Translations under genes and position numbers: made by a program
NCBI GenBank assembly: GCA_947632115.1
Contig: CANROB010000004.1
Location: forward strand, 709-64,708
Origin: an uncultured Bacilli bacterium
Lineage (GTDB): Bacteria; Bacillota_I; Bacilli_A; RF39; UBA660
DNA length: 64,000 nt
Direction of reading: 5' to 3'
The notes under the pieces: model-generated
Seen by the model: the letters and a program-made list of their open reading frames with translations, nothing else
What the model was told of the DNA's origin: nothing
Databases searched by the model: none
Shown: piece after piece, positions 55,273-64,000 of the stretch
How positions within the stretch are numbered: position 1 is the stretch's first letter
Layout: the number at the start of each line of letters is the position of its first letter

Positions 55273-56322
55273 ATGAATACAACCATTTTAACAGAGGAAG
55301 AACGGAATCTTGAAAATATTCGTATGCAACTAGAGGAAGAGTCTTTAGTCTCTTTAAAAATGTTTCCAAAAACGATTAGTAGACAAACCTTACTAGACTA
55401 TTGGAAACAAGAAAAAAGACTCACTCTTCCCCTTTCTAAAGAAATTTTAGACAACCGGAATTTAAAAGAAATAGATGAAGAAATCACCTTAGAAAGTGCC
55501 ATTACCATCAAACGAACAGAGATGAAATATTATCCTACAGAAGAGGCTTTTTATATCAATAACATCGTTGAAGAAAATATAGCTACCATCCTTCCTTATG
55601 CTACTCCTATATTATTATTTCATACTAGTCTTGACCAAAAATGGGTTTATGTCCAAGCTTCTTTTTATCGGGGATGGATACATAAAGAAGATATCCTTCT
55701 AATTTCTGAAAAGGAAAGAGAACGTTTTGAAAAAGAAGAAAAATTTGTCGTTATTACCCATCCCCTTGTACCCTTTTTAAATACCTTTTTAGATTTAGGA
55801 ACAAGACTACCTCTCATTGGGATACATGATCGCTACTGCGAAGTTTTAACTCCTACAAAAGAAGGAATTATCCTTCAAAATTTATCTAGAGAATTTCTTT
55901 CAATAGGTTACTTACCTTATACGCGAGTAAATATTATCGAGGTTGTTAAAAACTGTTTAGGAATTCCTTATCGTTGGGGAGCTATAGAAGAAGGAGTAGA
56001 TTGTTCTTTTTTGATACAAAGTCTTTTTCACGTATTTGGGCTATTCTTTCCACGTGATACCAATGCCCAAGAAAAAGTAATCGGACTACAAAAAATCAAC
56101 TTACAGGGTCTCACAGAAGAAGAAAAAAAAGAAATCCTAAATACGATTTCTTACCCTGCTATTCTTCACAAAAAAGGTCATATTTTACTAGCTATTTCCA
56201 AAAACCAAGTAATTCATGCATATGGAGATGCTGGGAAAGTCATACTATCTTCTCTAAATCCTTGTTATGGCACTAATTTATATCCCCTTTTAACAAGCAT
56301 TTCCCTTCTTCTAAAGTCGTAA
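55273..56322 (+). CDS. NlpC/P60 (C40) family peptidase with N-terminal SH3b-like region (YkfC-like)
   Basis: GIPYRWGAIEEGVDCSFLIQSLFHVFGLFFPRDTNAQ (catalytic Cys) and GHILLAIS...VIHA (His). Confidence 0.7.
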   Translation: MNTTILTEEERNLENIRMQLEEESLVSLKMFPKTISRQTLLDYWKQEKRLTLPLSKEILDNRNLKEIDEEITLESAITIKRTEMKYYPTEEAFYINNIVEENIATILPYATPILLFHTSLDQKWVYVQASFYRGWIHKEDILLISEKERERFEKEEKFVVITHPLVPFLNTFLDLGTRLPLIGIHDRYCEVLTPTKEGIILQNLSREFLSIGYLPYTRVNIIEVVKNCLGIPYRWGAIEEGVDCSFLIQSLFHVFGLFFPRDTNAQEKVIGLQKINLQGLTEEEKKEILNTISYPAILHKKGHILLAISKNQVIHAYGDAGKVILSSLNPCYGTNLYPLLTSISLLLKS

Positions 56323-56416
56323 TACTTTACAGTTCTTCAACAAGAATTACGAAAAAGGAATTGACTTATCTAGCCAAAGAAGATATACTGTATTTGAATA
56401 GAATGGGGAGGATAAC

Positions 56417-57226
56417 ATGGCTTTCATTACCAAAAGTTTGTCAATGGCTTTGCCAACATTAGATCAGATTTTAGACCAAATGATGCCTCTAGAATCCTTT
56501 CTTTCTAATGAAGAATATCAGGTCATTTATGAACACACCAAAGATTCTGTCAGCCGCGATATTTATTTAAAAAGATTATTTACTGAACAATTTGGAATCA
56601 AAAGAGAAGATTTCTCTTTACCTTTTGCTTTAGAGTTATTTTCACCTACAGATCCTTATAGTTTATTTGAAGTAGTAGCTGTTGTCCCTATTGAATTTCA
56701 AATTATCAAAAAAGAAAATAAGAAAGATACTTTAATTGTAAGAATGCCTGTTGGCAATAAAAAATATCGGATATCTGCTACCAAAATTACCGATGCAATG
56801 AGAGAAACTATTGAAAAGGAAGCAGAAACGAAAGATTTAGATTTAGCCTATTTCCGATATGTAAAGAAGCATGGAAAAGAGATGCTTAATCCAGAAGTAT
56901 CTGCTGTTTATACATGGAATGAATTTGAAGAAAAATTAAACGCAAGTGGTATTTCTATTGAAGAATATTCTGAAGCAGGTATCTACCTATGGAGAAAGAA
57001 TTACCAATTATTTGATAATCGAGCTAAAATTAACGGATTTATTTATACGTTAACAGAGCAACTTGAAAAACAAAAGAGTGAAGAAATTGAAAGCATTGAA
57101 GTCTTAACAGCAAAAAAGAAGAAAAAGCCACTTTTCCCTATTTCTAATTTCTTTAGAGATGAATATGGAAACTATTGGAAGAGTGAAAAGGCTTATTTAA
57201 ATTATAAAAAGTTTTTAAAACTATAA
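56417..57226 (+). CDS. Hypothetical protein (269 aa)
   Basis: GGGGAGGA SD. No recognisable motif. Confidence 0.5.
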   Translation: MAFITKSLSMALPTLDQILDQMMPLESFLSNEEYQVIYEHTKDSVSRDIYLKRLFTEQFGIKREDFSLPFALELFSPTDPYSLFEVVAVVPIEFQIIKKENKKDTLIVRMPVGNKKYRISATKITDAMRETIEKEAETKDLDLAYFRYVKKHGKEMLNPEVSAVYTWNEFEEKLNASGISIEEYSEAGIYLWRKNYQLFDNRAKINGFIYTLTEQLEKQKSEEIESIEVLTAKKKKKPLFPISNFFRDEYGNYWKSEKAYLNYKKFLKL

Positions 57227-57256
57227 AAAAAGGATTTTAAAAAAATCCTTTTTTAA
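57224..57256. terminator. Bidirectional A/T-rich terminator
   Basis: AAAAGGATTTT-AAA-AAAATCCTTTT between convergent genes. Confidence 0.5.
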
Positions 57257-57930
57257 TTTGCTTTTTTCTTCCTTATGTAAAGAGCAATCCCTACTCCTAA
57301 AGCAATCGCTATTACTGTAATACCACTATAAACATATAAAGATTTATCGTTCATGACAAATTCATATTGAATTTCTTTCGTCTCCCCATAGGTAACATTC
57401 CAAATCAAGGTATTTCCTTCTACCTTATCTGCATTATGACTTTTGGCTTTACATGGAAGTGTTACTTTATAAGAAACTTCAAAAGAATTCTCGGAATCCT
57501 CTGTTTGTTCCGTTTGTGTAGGAACACCGGAAAACTCAAAAATAAAATGTCCTTTATATCTCGTTCCTAAGAAATTATCTTGTTTTACTTGAAATAACTG
57601 TTCATCATGAAAATCTTCAGAACCAATATCTTCAAGATGAACAAGAATTTCCTCTTTCTTACTAATATCTTTTAGTTGATAATTTTTGGTAGCTTTAATT
57701 CCAAGATAATCATCTTGATCATAAGTCTCTGTTTTAAATCCCATTTCTTCTAAGACTTTCTTACTTACAATGGCTTCTTCGCCCTCAGCAGCATATTCTT
57801 TTTTAATAGCAGAGACAATGGTCATATTTACTTTACCATCTTTATCAATAGACATCTCTACATTTTGTTTTACACATCCCGTTAAAGCAAATACTACTAG
57901 TAAAAGAAAGCATATTTTTTTAAACTTCAT
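57253..57930 (-). CDS. Lipoprotein with an additional C-terminal TM anchor, hypothetical
   Basis: Lipobox FALTGC. C-terminal TM YSGITVIAIALGVGIALYI followed by RKKKAN. Confidence 0.55.
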   Translation of the reverse strand: MKFKKICFLLLVVFALTGCVKQNVEMSIDKDGKVNMTIVSAIKKEYAAEGEEAIVSKKVLEEMGFKTETYDQDDYLGIKATKNYQLKDISKKEEILVHLEDIGSEDFHDEQLFQVKQDNFLGTRYKGHFIFEFSGVPTQTEQTEDSENSFEVSYKVTLPCKAKSHNADKVEGNTLIWNVTYGETKEIQYEFVMNDKSLYVYSGITVIAIALGVGIALYIRKKKAN

Positions 57931-58018
57931 AGGTAATCCTCCTTATCCCCTTGAATGCTTCTATTTTAACATAAAAATGATAAATTGCAAAGAAAAAGCC
58001 ATGAAAGATGGCTTTTTT

Positions 58019-58624
58019 CTAATTATTTCCTTTTTTATCAATAATTTGTAGATTCAAATGATTAATAAAACAAAGGATGGAAATTTGTCTTTCTGTCGTT
58101 GGATCTTCATCTAAAACAAGTCTAACAAGGGACTCAATTTCATCTTTGTGAAGAATCTCGCTCCCTTTTTCATTCAAACGTAATTTCCGATGAATTCCAT
58201 TCAAATGTGCCAAATTAGCGTCTAGACTCGCTAAAAAAGTATCCTTTTCTTGTGGAATCTTTTTAGATTCCTTTTGATAAAGTGTTTGAAGATCATTGAT
58301 AAATTCGTTTTTAATACTTAATTCTTCTTCATTTAAATCAACAAATATTCCTTGTGATTCTAAGGATAAAGCAAGACGAATAATTTCTAAGCGGTCTAAG
58401 ATAGTTATTAATTCTTCCCTTGGGTAAAATGGCTCTAAAACCGATTCCAATTTCTCACGAAAATAATATTTTAAATTTCTTAAATCACTTTCCAAACTAG
58501 AAATTAATTTCGCTAATGCCTCTATTTGGTTGATTTCTTTAGAAGCAACCTCTATCTCTTTTTTCTGCTTGGCTATTCTATCTTCTAGTATGAGTAGTAA
58601 ATCTTTTCTAATTTCCTCCTGCAT
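58019..58624 (-). CDS. Hypothetical coiled-coil protein (201 aa)
   Basis: Begins 4 nt after the upstream 428-aa gene (operon). Heptad-rich. Confidence 0.5.
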   Translation of the reverse strand: MQEEIRKDLLLILEDRIAKQKKEIEVASKEINQIEALAKLISSLESDLRNLKYYFREKLESVLEPFYPREELITILDRLEIIRLALSLESQGIFVDLNEEELSIKNEFINDLQTLYQKESKKIPQEKDTFLASLDANLAHLNGIHRKLRLNEKGSEILHKDEIESLVRLVLDEDPTTERQISILCFINHLNLQIIDKKGNN

Positions 58625-58628
58625 ACAA

Positions 58629-59915
58629 TCACCTCATATCAACCAATCTTTTATTTTCCCAGTACTTCTCAATCTTTGTTGCAATATCGACTAAACGATA
58701 ATATTCCTCAGATTTTCCAATAATCCAATTATCAATCGTATGATAAGCAATATTTACCATTCGCAATAACTCTGGCGTAATCACATTTTTCATGTCTTTC
58801 ATATCACCACTTGTGATAACTAAAACATGGTTTAAAGGAAGTTCTTTAAATAATAAGAAGTGCCTTTCACTTTTAATAATTCCTAATTCTTTATTCAAAA
58901 TAACAACATTATTATTTTGTTTGGAATCTTTTCCTTCGCGCAATTGACAAATGAGATGAAATAAATCCCTATCAACATCACGATAATTAAATGTTGGAAT
59001 AGCAGAATCTGTCCAAGTATTATAAATAATCTGTTTCTCTTCTTCCTTACTGGATTTCATTACACTTCTATAAAGATTAGCTACTTCCACTAATTTTTCT
59101 TTAGCAAATGGTTTCTTTGTCCGAACCCCTTTCAATAAGGCATTCATCCATCGCCACAAGAAATATTCATAAATTTCTTCTTCGTTAGGAAGCATGCTTT
59201 TCGCTTCTTCTAACGTAATTTTCTCTTTTTCTAATAACTCTTCAATATTATCTAGATAAATATTGGTAATATCTTTTTTCTGTAACTGTTGATAACGGCT
59301 CTCATATTGATCTAATAATGCCTGATATTCCGTTACTTCTGCATAATATTCTGTTCCAATCTGACGATCAATGATTTCCGCATTTTTCTTAACAATAATC
59401 ATTACCACATTGAGACATTCTGTTGCTTCCCCATCATAAACAAGTCTTTCTAGAACATCTAAATATTTTTCAATATCAATTACTTGTTGGTTTTTAATAC
59501 GAGAAGATAACTCATCAATTAAGTTATGATCATTATCCGTCTTAGCCTTTTCATCAATTAGATCACTTTTAAGTTCTGCATACGTATTCGCATAAGATTT
59601 CAATTGTTCTAAAACAGATACAGCATCTTGATATCTTTTTCCTGTTTTAACAGCGGGATGATTGGATAAACTAATAATAGTACATGCAAGATTAACACTA
59701 TCACGAGTAATCGCAGAATCAAGAGGGGCATTCGTTAAGAAAAGTTCTAGTTTTTTGTCGTTGTACTGTGCGATATCTACAGCATTTTCAATTCGACTTA
59801 AAACGATAGCAATATCTCTTAGTTCAAGTTCTAATTGTAATTTTTCTTGAGAAACCGCTAATACTTGCGAGATTTTCTCGAGCCGCGTTAAGACGCTTTC
59901 TAAAACCTGCTCCAT
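58629..59915 (-). CDS. Hypothetical helical protein (428 aa)
   Basis: TGATATACT box and a GGGG SD upstream. No recognisable motif. Confidence 0.5.
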   Translation of the reverse strand: MEQVLESVLTRLEKISQVLAVSQEKLQLELELRDIAIVLSRIENAVDIAQYNDKKLELFLTNAPLDSAITRDSVNLACTIISLSNHPAVKTGKRYQDAVSVLEQLKSYANTYAELKSDLIDEKAKTDNDHNLIDELSSRIKNQQVIDIEKYLDVLERLVYDGEATECLNVVMIIVKKNAEIIDRQIGTEYYAEVTEYQALLDQYESRYQQLQKKDITNIYLDNIEELLEKEKITLEEAKSMLPNEEEIYEYFLWRWMNALLKGVRTKKPFAKEKLVEVANLYRSVMKSSKEEEKQIIYNTWTDSAIPTFNYRDVDRDLFHLICQLREGKDSKQNNNVVILNKELGIIKSERHFLLFKELPLNHVLVITSGDMKDMKNVITPELLRMVNIAYHTIDNWIIGKSEEYYRLVDIATKIEKYWENKRLVDMR

Positions 59916-60011
59916 ACATTTTCCCCAATCTATTCTTTTTATCCACTAATAGTATATCAATTTATGGGAAATAAAACAAGAGGCAAACTTTTTTTCTTCT
60001 ATTTTTCTCAT

Positions 60012-60040
60012 TTGACAAAAATCGTCAAACATGGTATTAT
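60012..60040 (+). promoter_or_regulatory. Predicted sigma-A promoter of the PP2C gene
   Basis: TTGACA (60012-60017), 17 nt, TGgTATTAT (-10 at 60035-60040). Confidence 0.6.
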
Positions 60041-60069
60041 ACAAACTATCTTTTTTAGGAGGGATTTGT

Positions 60070-60927
60070 GTGTTCGCTTTGTTACATAAAACAAAAAGAT
60101 TATCAAATAAATCAAATGAAAAGATGAATAAAAAGGAAGATGTACTAGACTCGCTGACAGATATTGGTCTTTCTAGAAATAACAACGAGGATAGTGTTAT
60201 TACTATTACCCACCCCGAAAACGATAACCTAAAATTACTTGCTGTTGCAGACGGTGTCGGAGGAAGGGAATCTGGAGAAGTGGCTTCTAATTTTGCTATT
60301 CAAACTCTTGAGAAATGGTTTAAAAATCTATCACAAGAGAAAATTAATAACACTTCTCATCTATCCAAATACTTATCACAAGTTATTAAGTTTATCAATA
60401 ATTATTTATATATCGTTAAATCCAATCGTACTGGGTGCGCAACAACGCTTACTTGTGCCATTATTAATGAAACAGATACTGTTGTTGCTAATATAGGAGA
60501 TTCTAGAGCTTACACTGTAAAAGGAAAAGATATAGAACAAGTTACAAAAGATGACTCTTTAGTTTGGATTTATTATGAACAGGGAACTTTAAAAAAAGAA
60601 CAATTGCGTTTTCATAAAAAAAGTACGTTAATTACCAAATGTATTGGTCCAGATTACAACACCAAACCGGACATCACGGTTTTAGAAAACGAATCTTATG
60701 ATGGCATTTTATTATTTACAGATGGTGTGACGGACTGTCTATCTGATTCCAAAATTAAACAATTAGTTCATACCAAAAAAGAGCACTTAGCCAAGACCAT
60801 TATTCAAGAAGCGGTTTATGGAAAACCTTCTAAAAGAATTCCTAAGGGAGAAGAGTTCTATTGTCCACAAAACGGAAAAGATAATGCAACGGTGGCTCTT
60901 TACTTTAAAAGCGGTCAATATATTTAG
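60070..60927 (+). CDS. PP2C-family (PPM) Ser/Thr protein phosphatase
   Basis: SDIG-like DIGLSRNNNEDS, AVADGVGG and FTDGVTD metal-binding motifs. GTG 60070 lies 6 nt after AGGAGGG. The track ATG 60031 lies inside the predicted -10 box and is therefore unlikely. Confidence 0.8.
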   Translation: MFALLHKTKRLSNKSNEKMNKKEDVLDSLTDIGLSRNNNEDSVITITHPENDNLKLLAVADGVGGRESGEVASNFAIQTLEKWFKNLSQEKINNTSHLSKYLSQVIKFINNYLYIVKSNRTGCATTLTCAIINETDTVVANIGDSRAYTVKGKDIEQVTKDDSLVWIYYEQGTLKKEQLRFHKKSTLITKCIGPDYNTKPDITVLENESYDGILLFTDGVTDCLSDSKIKQLVHTKKEHLAKTIIQEAVYGKPSKRIPKGEEFYCPQNGKDNATVALYFKSGQYI

Positions 60928-60954
60928 AAGCAATAGTTTTTATTGCTTTTTTTT
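60928..60954 (+). terminator. Rho-independent terminator after the PP2C gene
   Basis: AAGCAATA-GTTTT-TATTGCTT followed by T6. Confidence 0.7.
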
Positions 60955-60995
60955 AATAATTTTTGTATAATACATTTCCTTAAGGGGGGAATATC

Positions 60996-62306
60996 ATGAT
61001 AAATTCTATTTTCATGAAAACCAATCCAGAAAAAATTCATGAAGAATTAACATCTAGAAAATATGATAATTTATTAGAGCAAGGTATGAAAAAGTGTGAT
61101 CTAGAAGAGGACTTAGAATTACTACTATATGATGTGGCAGATGCTATTCAAGAAAATCATATTCTCTTAATAGAAGGTCAAGAAAATCACGAAATAGCCT
61201 ATTTAATCCCAGTTTTGTTAGCATACCATAATAGTAATTATTTTAACCGATTTATTATCGCTACATCCTCAACAGAGTTACAAGAAAAGATTCTTCAAAA
61301 ACTACAGGGAGTATCTTTAACTTTAGGAATTCATCTTCCTATTCATACTCTTGATAAAGAAGAAAATTATCTTTGCATAAGAAGACTGCACAAGCATAGT
61401 AAATATGCAAGAGAAACAGTAGCACGCAGTATCGAGACTACCTTACTAGCCCATCCTGATTATCTAAAAAGAAGCAACTATTCCGGAATTCCTGATGAAG
61501 AATGGGAAAAAGTACATGTTAAAAATTGTAGTTTAAAAAAATGTACGCATTATGCTCAATGTAAATATCGCTTAATCTATGAATCTATCTTTCAAAATGG
61601 ATGTGTCATTACTTCTCATGAAACCTTTATTGGGAATATACGTTACGATGTAGCGGATTCTCTATCTCAAAATGCCGATTTAGTGATTATTGAAGAAGCT
61701 GAGAAACTTTCTAAAAACACAATTCAGGCCTACTATAATTCTGTTCACTATGCAGTTATTAAAAAATACCTATTAGGTGCTCATAGACTTTTATCTAATC
61801 ATGGTATTACTTTGTTACAAGCTCAAGATTTTTATCTTATCAAACAATTTTTTGATACACTTTATCAATCCCAATTTGATTACAATTGGAATACCAGAAA
61901 CATTCAAGAAATGGCACGTCTGATTGCAAGTAAGCTTAACGAAGCTCAAGTCTATTATACAAAGAGTTTCCTTTCCTGTGGAAACGAAGACCGTTTAGGT
62001 CACACGTTAGACATTCTATCCGTTTTAGAAAATTTCTTTCTCGATATCTATAACGGGGGATTAAAATACAATTTCCAGCTACAACCAAGAAAAGGTTTTG
62101 ATAATACTCCTAGTTGGGAGAAAATTGAAATTTGCTACTATCCAAAAGATGCTAAAAAAGGAATTTCAGAAGCATTTAAAAAGACTCCATGTAGTACCGT
62201 TTTAATCGGAGATCATATTGCAGGAGAAGATGGAGAATATCAAACCTTAATTCAAGAATGTGGATTAAATCAAAGTACAAAACAACTCATTAAAGAATTT
62301 GTATAA
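60996..62306 (+). CDS. DinG/XPD-like helicase N-terminal half with degenerate ATPase motifs
   Basis: Layout parallels DinG helicase domain 1. HILLIEGQENHEIAYLIP sits where EAxTGxGKT belongs; IIATSSTELQEKI corresponds to IsT.T..Lq.Ql; ENYLCIRRL, then KNCSLKKCTHYAQC (4 Cys in total); NADLVIIEEAEKL sits where DEAH belongs. The protein ends after STVLIGDHI, with no helicase domain 2. Confidence 0.5.
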   Translation: MINSIFMKTNPEKIHEELTSRKYDNLLEQGMKKCDLEEDLELLLYDVADAIQENHILLIEGQENHEIAYLIPVLLAYHNSNYFNRFIIATSSTELQEKILQKLQGVSLTLGIHLPIHTLDKEENYLCIRRLHKHSKYARETVARSIETTLLAHPDYLKRSNYSGIPDEEWEKVHVKNCSLKKCTHYAQCKYRLIYESIFQNGCVITSHETFIGNIRYDVADSLSQNADLVIIEEAEKLSKNTIQAYYNSVHYAVIKKYLLGAHRLLSNHGITLLQAQDFYLIKQFFDTLYQSQFDYNWNTRNIQEMARLIASKLNEAQVYYTKSFLSCGNEDRLGHTLDILSVLENFFLDIYNGGLKYNFQLQPRKGFDNTPSWEKIEICYYPKDAKKGISEAFKKTPCSTVLIGDHIAGEDGEYQTLIQECGLNQSTKQLIKEFV

Positions 62307-62340
62307 AAAAGTTATCAACGCATATGTTGATAACTTTTTT
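62307..62340 (+). terminator. Rho-independent terminator after the DinG-like gene
   Basis: GTTATCAAC-GCATAT-GTTGATAAC flanked by A5 and T7. Confidence 0.75.
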
Positions 62341-62419
62341 TACGCAAAGTTCCAATCGAAATGTTTTTCAATTACTTTATATAATTATAACCGAAAGCGA
62401 GATAGTAAGTAATTTTTCT

Positions 62420-62719
62420 TTATTGTTTAAAATCATCTACAAAACAGGAAATGAAATCAGCCAACGATTCTTTAATAGAATATAAATACACATACATTGC
62501 CTCAACAAAATCTTCCTCACTGCAATTTTCAGTGTTACAATCAATTAGTTCTCTATTAAATAGTACTTTAGAATTACTATTATTTTGTAAATTTAAAGTA
62601 TATAAAACAGCTATCAAATTCTTCATTTCTGTAATAGTTAATTGTTTTTTCTCTGCGATAGATAAATCTTTAAATTTAGATATAAGTTCATTAAAATCAC
62701 TATCTTCTGTGAATTTCAT
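62420..62719 (-). CDS. Hypothetical small acidic protein (99 aa)
   Basis: 20-nt overlap with the upstream HD-domain gene (operon). Confidence 0.5.
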   Translation of the reverse strand: MKFTEDSDFNELISKFKDLSIAEKKQLTITEMKNLIAVLYTLNLQNNSNSKVLFNRELIDCNTENCSEEDFVEAMYVYLYSIKESLADFISCFVDDFKQ

Positions 62720-63938
62720 TGATATCTCCTTCTATGGAATCTCTGTTTCTACTAATTCCATTGTTAACAATATTCATTAAATGATTCACTACTTTTTCAA
62801 ATTTTGATTTCATTTTATATTTCAATTCACTTTGTTTAAATTCTTCATGCTTCTCTTCTTGTTCCTTACTTTTTTCAAGAATTTTAATAACAAATTGATT
62901 TTTTTCGTAATCTTTATATTCTTGCAACAATTCTTTTGCCGTAGCAATCAGTTCATGTGCTGCATCAGTAATTAATCTTCTCTCATCTAATGTAGCTTTC
63001 TTATTATGAAATCTTACCCGATCCAATGCATCCGCATCTTTTAAACATTGTGCTATTTTTTTGGCATATTCAAAATCGACATCACTGATTTGATATTTTT
63101 CTGCTAACTTTTGTAAATTTTCTTCATTATCATCTCTCAAATGGTCATATTCATGATATTCAATAGCAAACTGAATCATATGTAAATCATTTTGACTAAT
63201 TTCACTATTATTTAACTTGTCTTGCAACACTTTTGAAGCGAGTAATGCACCTCTTTGTGCATGATTATAATCCCGTTCATCGTTTTCTCTACCACTATCA
63301 TGTAACTCAGCAGATAATCTTAATAAATCTTGTGCATGTCGATTATCAGGAAATTCCCTTTTTCCTAACATGCTTGCTAATACCGTTACTCTTTCAATAT
63401 GATCTAAACCATGATTTTTTGTTTCCCCACAATAAAATTCACTATTATTAAAATTAAGAATTTCATTTTCAATGGTACGAACCTCTATTTGATGTAGTTC
63501 TTGTGATACTAAACGATCATTTAGTTGGGTAGTAGCTATAATTTTAGTCAACTTAGTCTCCCTTGCTTGATTTAACTGATTATCCATTTCTCCATACATT
63601 TTTACAATATATTGATTTACATCAATATCATTAAATGCAATGTGTGATCCCATGTCATAACAAGTAATAAATTTATCTTCTTCACGTTGTAATATTTCCA
63701 CTAATTTTAAAACGCAATCACAATATTTTTGATAATCATGAGTATTATTTTTATCTTCTATGATTTGATTCACAATATTATCTATTAATTTTTCTATTCT
63801 ATTGGTACTAAACTTTGCTTGTAACTCTTCCTTATCATGAAGTAAGCCACAACGATTATTCTCGTGTTTTAAATAGATATCCGAAAAAATATCAATTCTT
63901 TTACTAACATCTTGCGTCTTATAAAATTGATCAATCAT
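62700..63938 (-). CDS. HD-domain metal-dependent phosphohydrolase with long N- and C-terminal helical extensions
   Basis: NHGLDHIERV (H)...LSAELHDSGR (HD)...NHAQRGA...IEYHEYD...LKDADALDRVRF fits the HD superfamily. Confidence 0.65.
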   Translation of the reverse strand: MIDQFYKTQDVSKRIDIFSDIYLKHENNRCGLLHDKEELQAKFSTNRIEKLIDNIVNQIIEDKNNTHDYQKYCDCVLKLVEILQREEDKFITCYDMGSHIAFNDIDVNQYIVKMYGEMDNQLNQARETKLTKIIATTQLNDRLVSQELHQIEVRTIENEILNFNNSEFYCGETKNHGLDHIERVTVLASMLGKREFPDNRHAQDLLRLSAELHDSGRENDERDYNHAQRGALLASKVLQDKLNNSEISQNDLHMIQFAIEYHEYDHLRDDNEENLQKLAEKYQISDVDFEYAKKIAQCLKDADALDRVRFHNKKATLDERRLITDAAHELIATAKELLQEYKDYEKNQFVIKILEKSKEQEEKHEEFKQSELKYKMKSKFEKVVNHLMNIVNNGISRNRDSIEGDINEIHRR

Positions 63939-63943
63939 AGCAT

Positions 63944-64000
63944 CTATTTTATCTGATTCGTTTTGAACAATCCGTTCTTTATCAATATATACAATTGGGA
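63944..64000 (-). CDS. 3' end of an upstream CDS (only 18 codons visible)
   Basis: An open frame ...SQLYILIKNGLFKTNQIK ends at TAG 63944-63946, 5 nt before the HD-gene ATG. Too short to identify. Confidence 0.3.
   Translation of the reverse strand, partial: SQLYILIKNGLFKTNQIK

Noticed and set aside
60031-60069. ATG at 60031 as the PP2C start (298-aa version)
   Set aside because: This ATG lies inside the predicted -10 region (TGgTATTAT, 60033-60040), so it would not be on the transcript. GTG 60070 has a well-spaced AGGAGGG SD.
59946-60185. 79-aa minus-strand ORF in the divergent region between the 428-aa gene and the PP2C gene
   Set aside because: It runs antisense through the predicted PP2C promoter, SD and 5' coding region. 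It has no SD of its own and a low-complexity S/F/L-rich sequence.
25132-63451. Further shadow ORFs (25132-25350, 37427-37609, 38038-38232, 39661-39969, 40847-41044, 41157-41351, 50182-50421, 57367-57570, 57770-58051, 59662-59850, 60239-60496, 62451-62780, 63233-63451)
   Set aside because: Same reasoning: they overlap better-supported genes on the opposite strand or in another frame, and no independent translation signals are present.

Overview
AT-rich chromosomal segment from an endospore-forming low-GC Firmicute. Gene content and promoter style look Erysipelotrichia/Clostridia-like, but I cannot fix the taxon by eye. There are about 60 CDS, mostly on the minus strand, plus a six-tRNA array. 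Housekeeping genes are truA, ecfA1/ecfA2, fhs, pepD, rluB, pgi, phosphoketolase, RNase R, a P-type Ca2+-ATPase, a NifU-like protein and a ferredoxin. Sporulation and germination genes are a gerA-type A-C-B receptor operon behind a sigma-G-type promoter, dacB-spmA-spmB, a CotF-like pair, a CotJC-like ferritin-fold protein and a YutH/CotS-like protein. Five things stand out. (i) A self-contained reverse-transcriptase module at 41.8-43.2 kb has its own TGnTATAAT promoter, an unusually long (146 nt) structured 5' leader, a 395-aa RT with intact YADD, and terminators on both sides. It does not fit a group II intron, retron or DGR, and it is my best candidate for an undescribed RT/ncRNA system. (ii) A 2561-aa cyclic beta-1,2-glucan-synthase-like giant is translationally coupled to pgi. 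(iii) A Cna-B-like surface protein carries a non-canonical VPNTF sorting signal, is coupled to a Wzy_C/O-antigen-ligase-like protein, and has a sortase-fold protein nearby. (iv) A half-length DinG-like protein has lost its ATPase motifs but keeps four cysteines, and sits next to an orphan PP2C phosphatase and an HD-domain operon. (v) Several islands encode lineage-specific helical or HTH proteins. I saw no CRISPR array, rRNA, intact IS element or prophage. All functional calls rest on motif recognition by eye; no database search was run.
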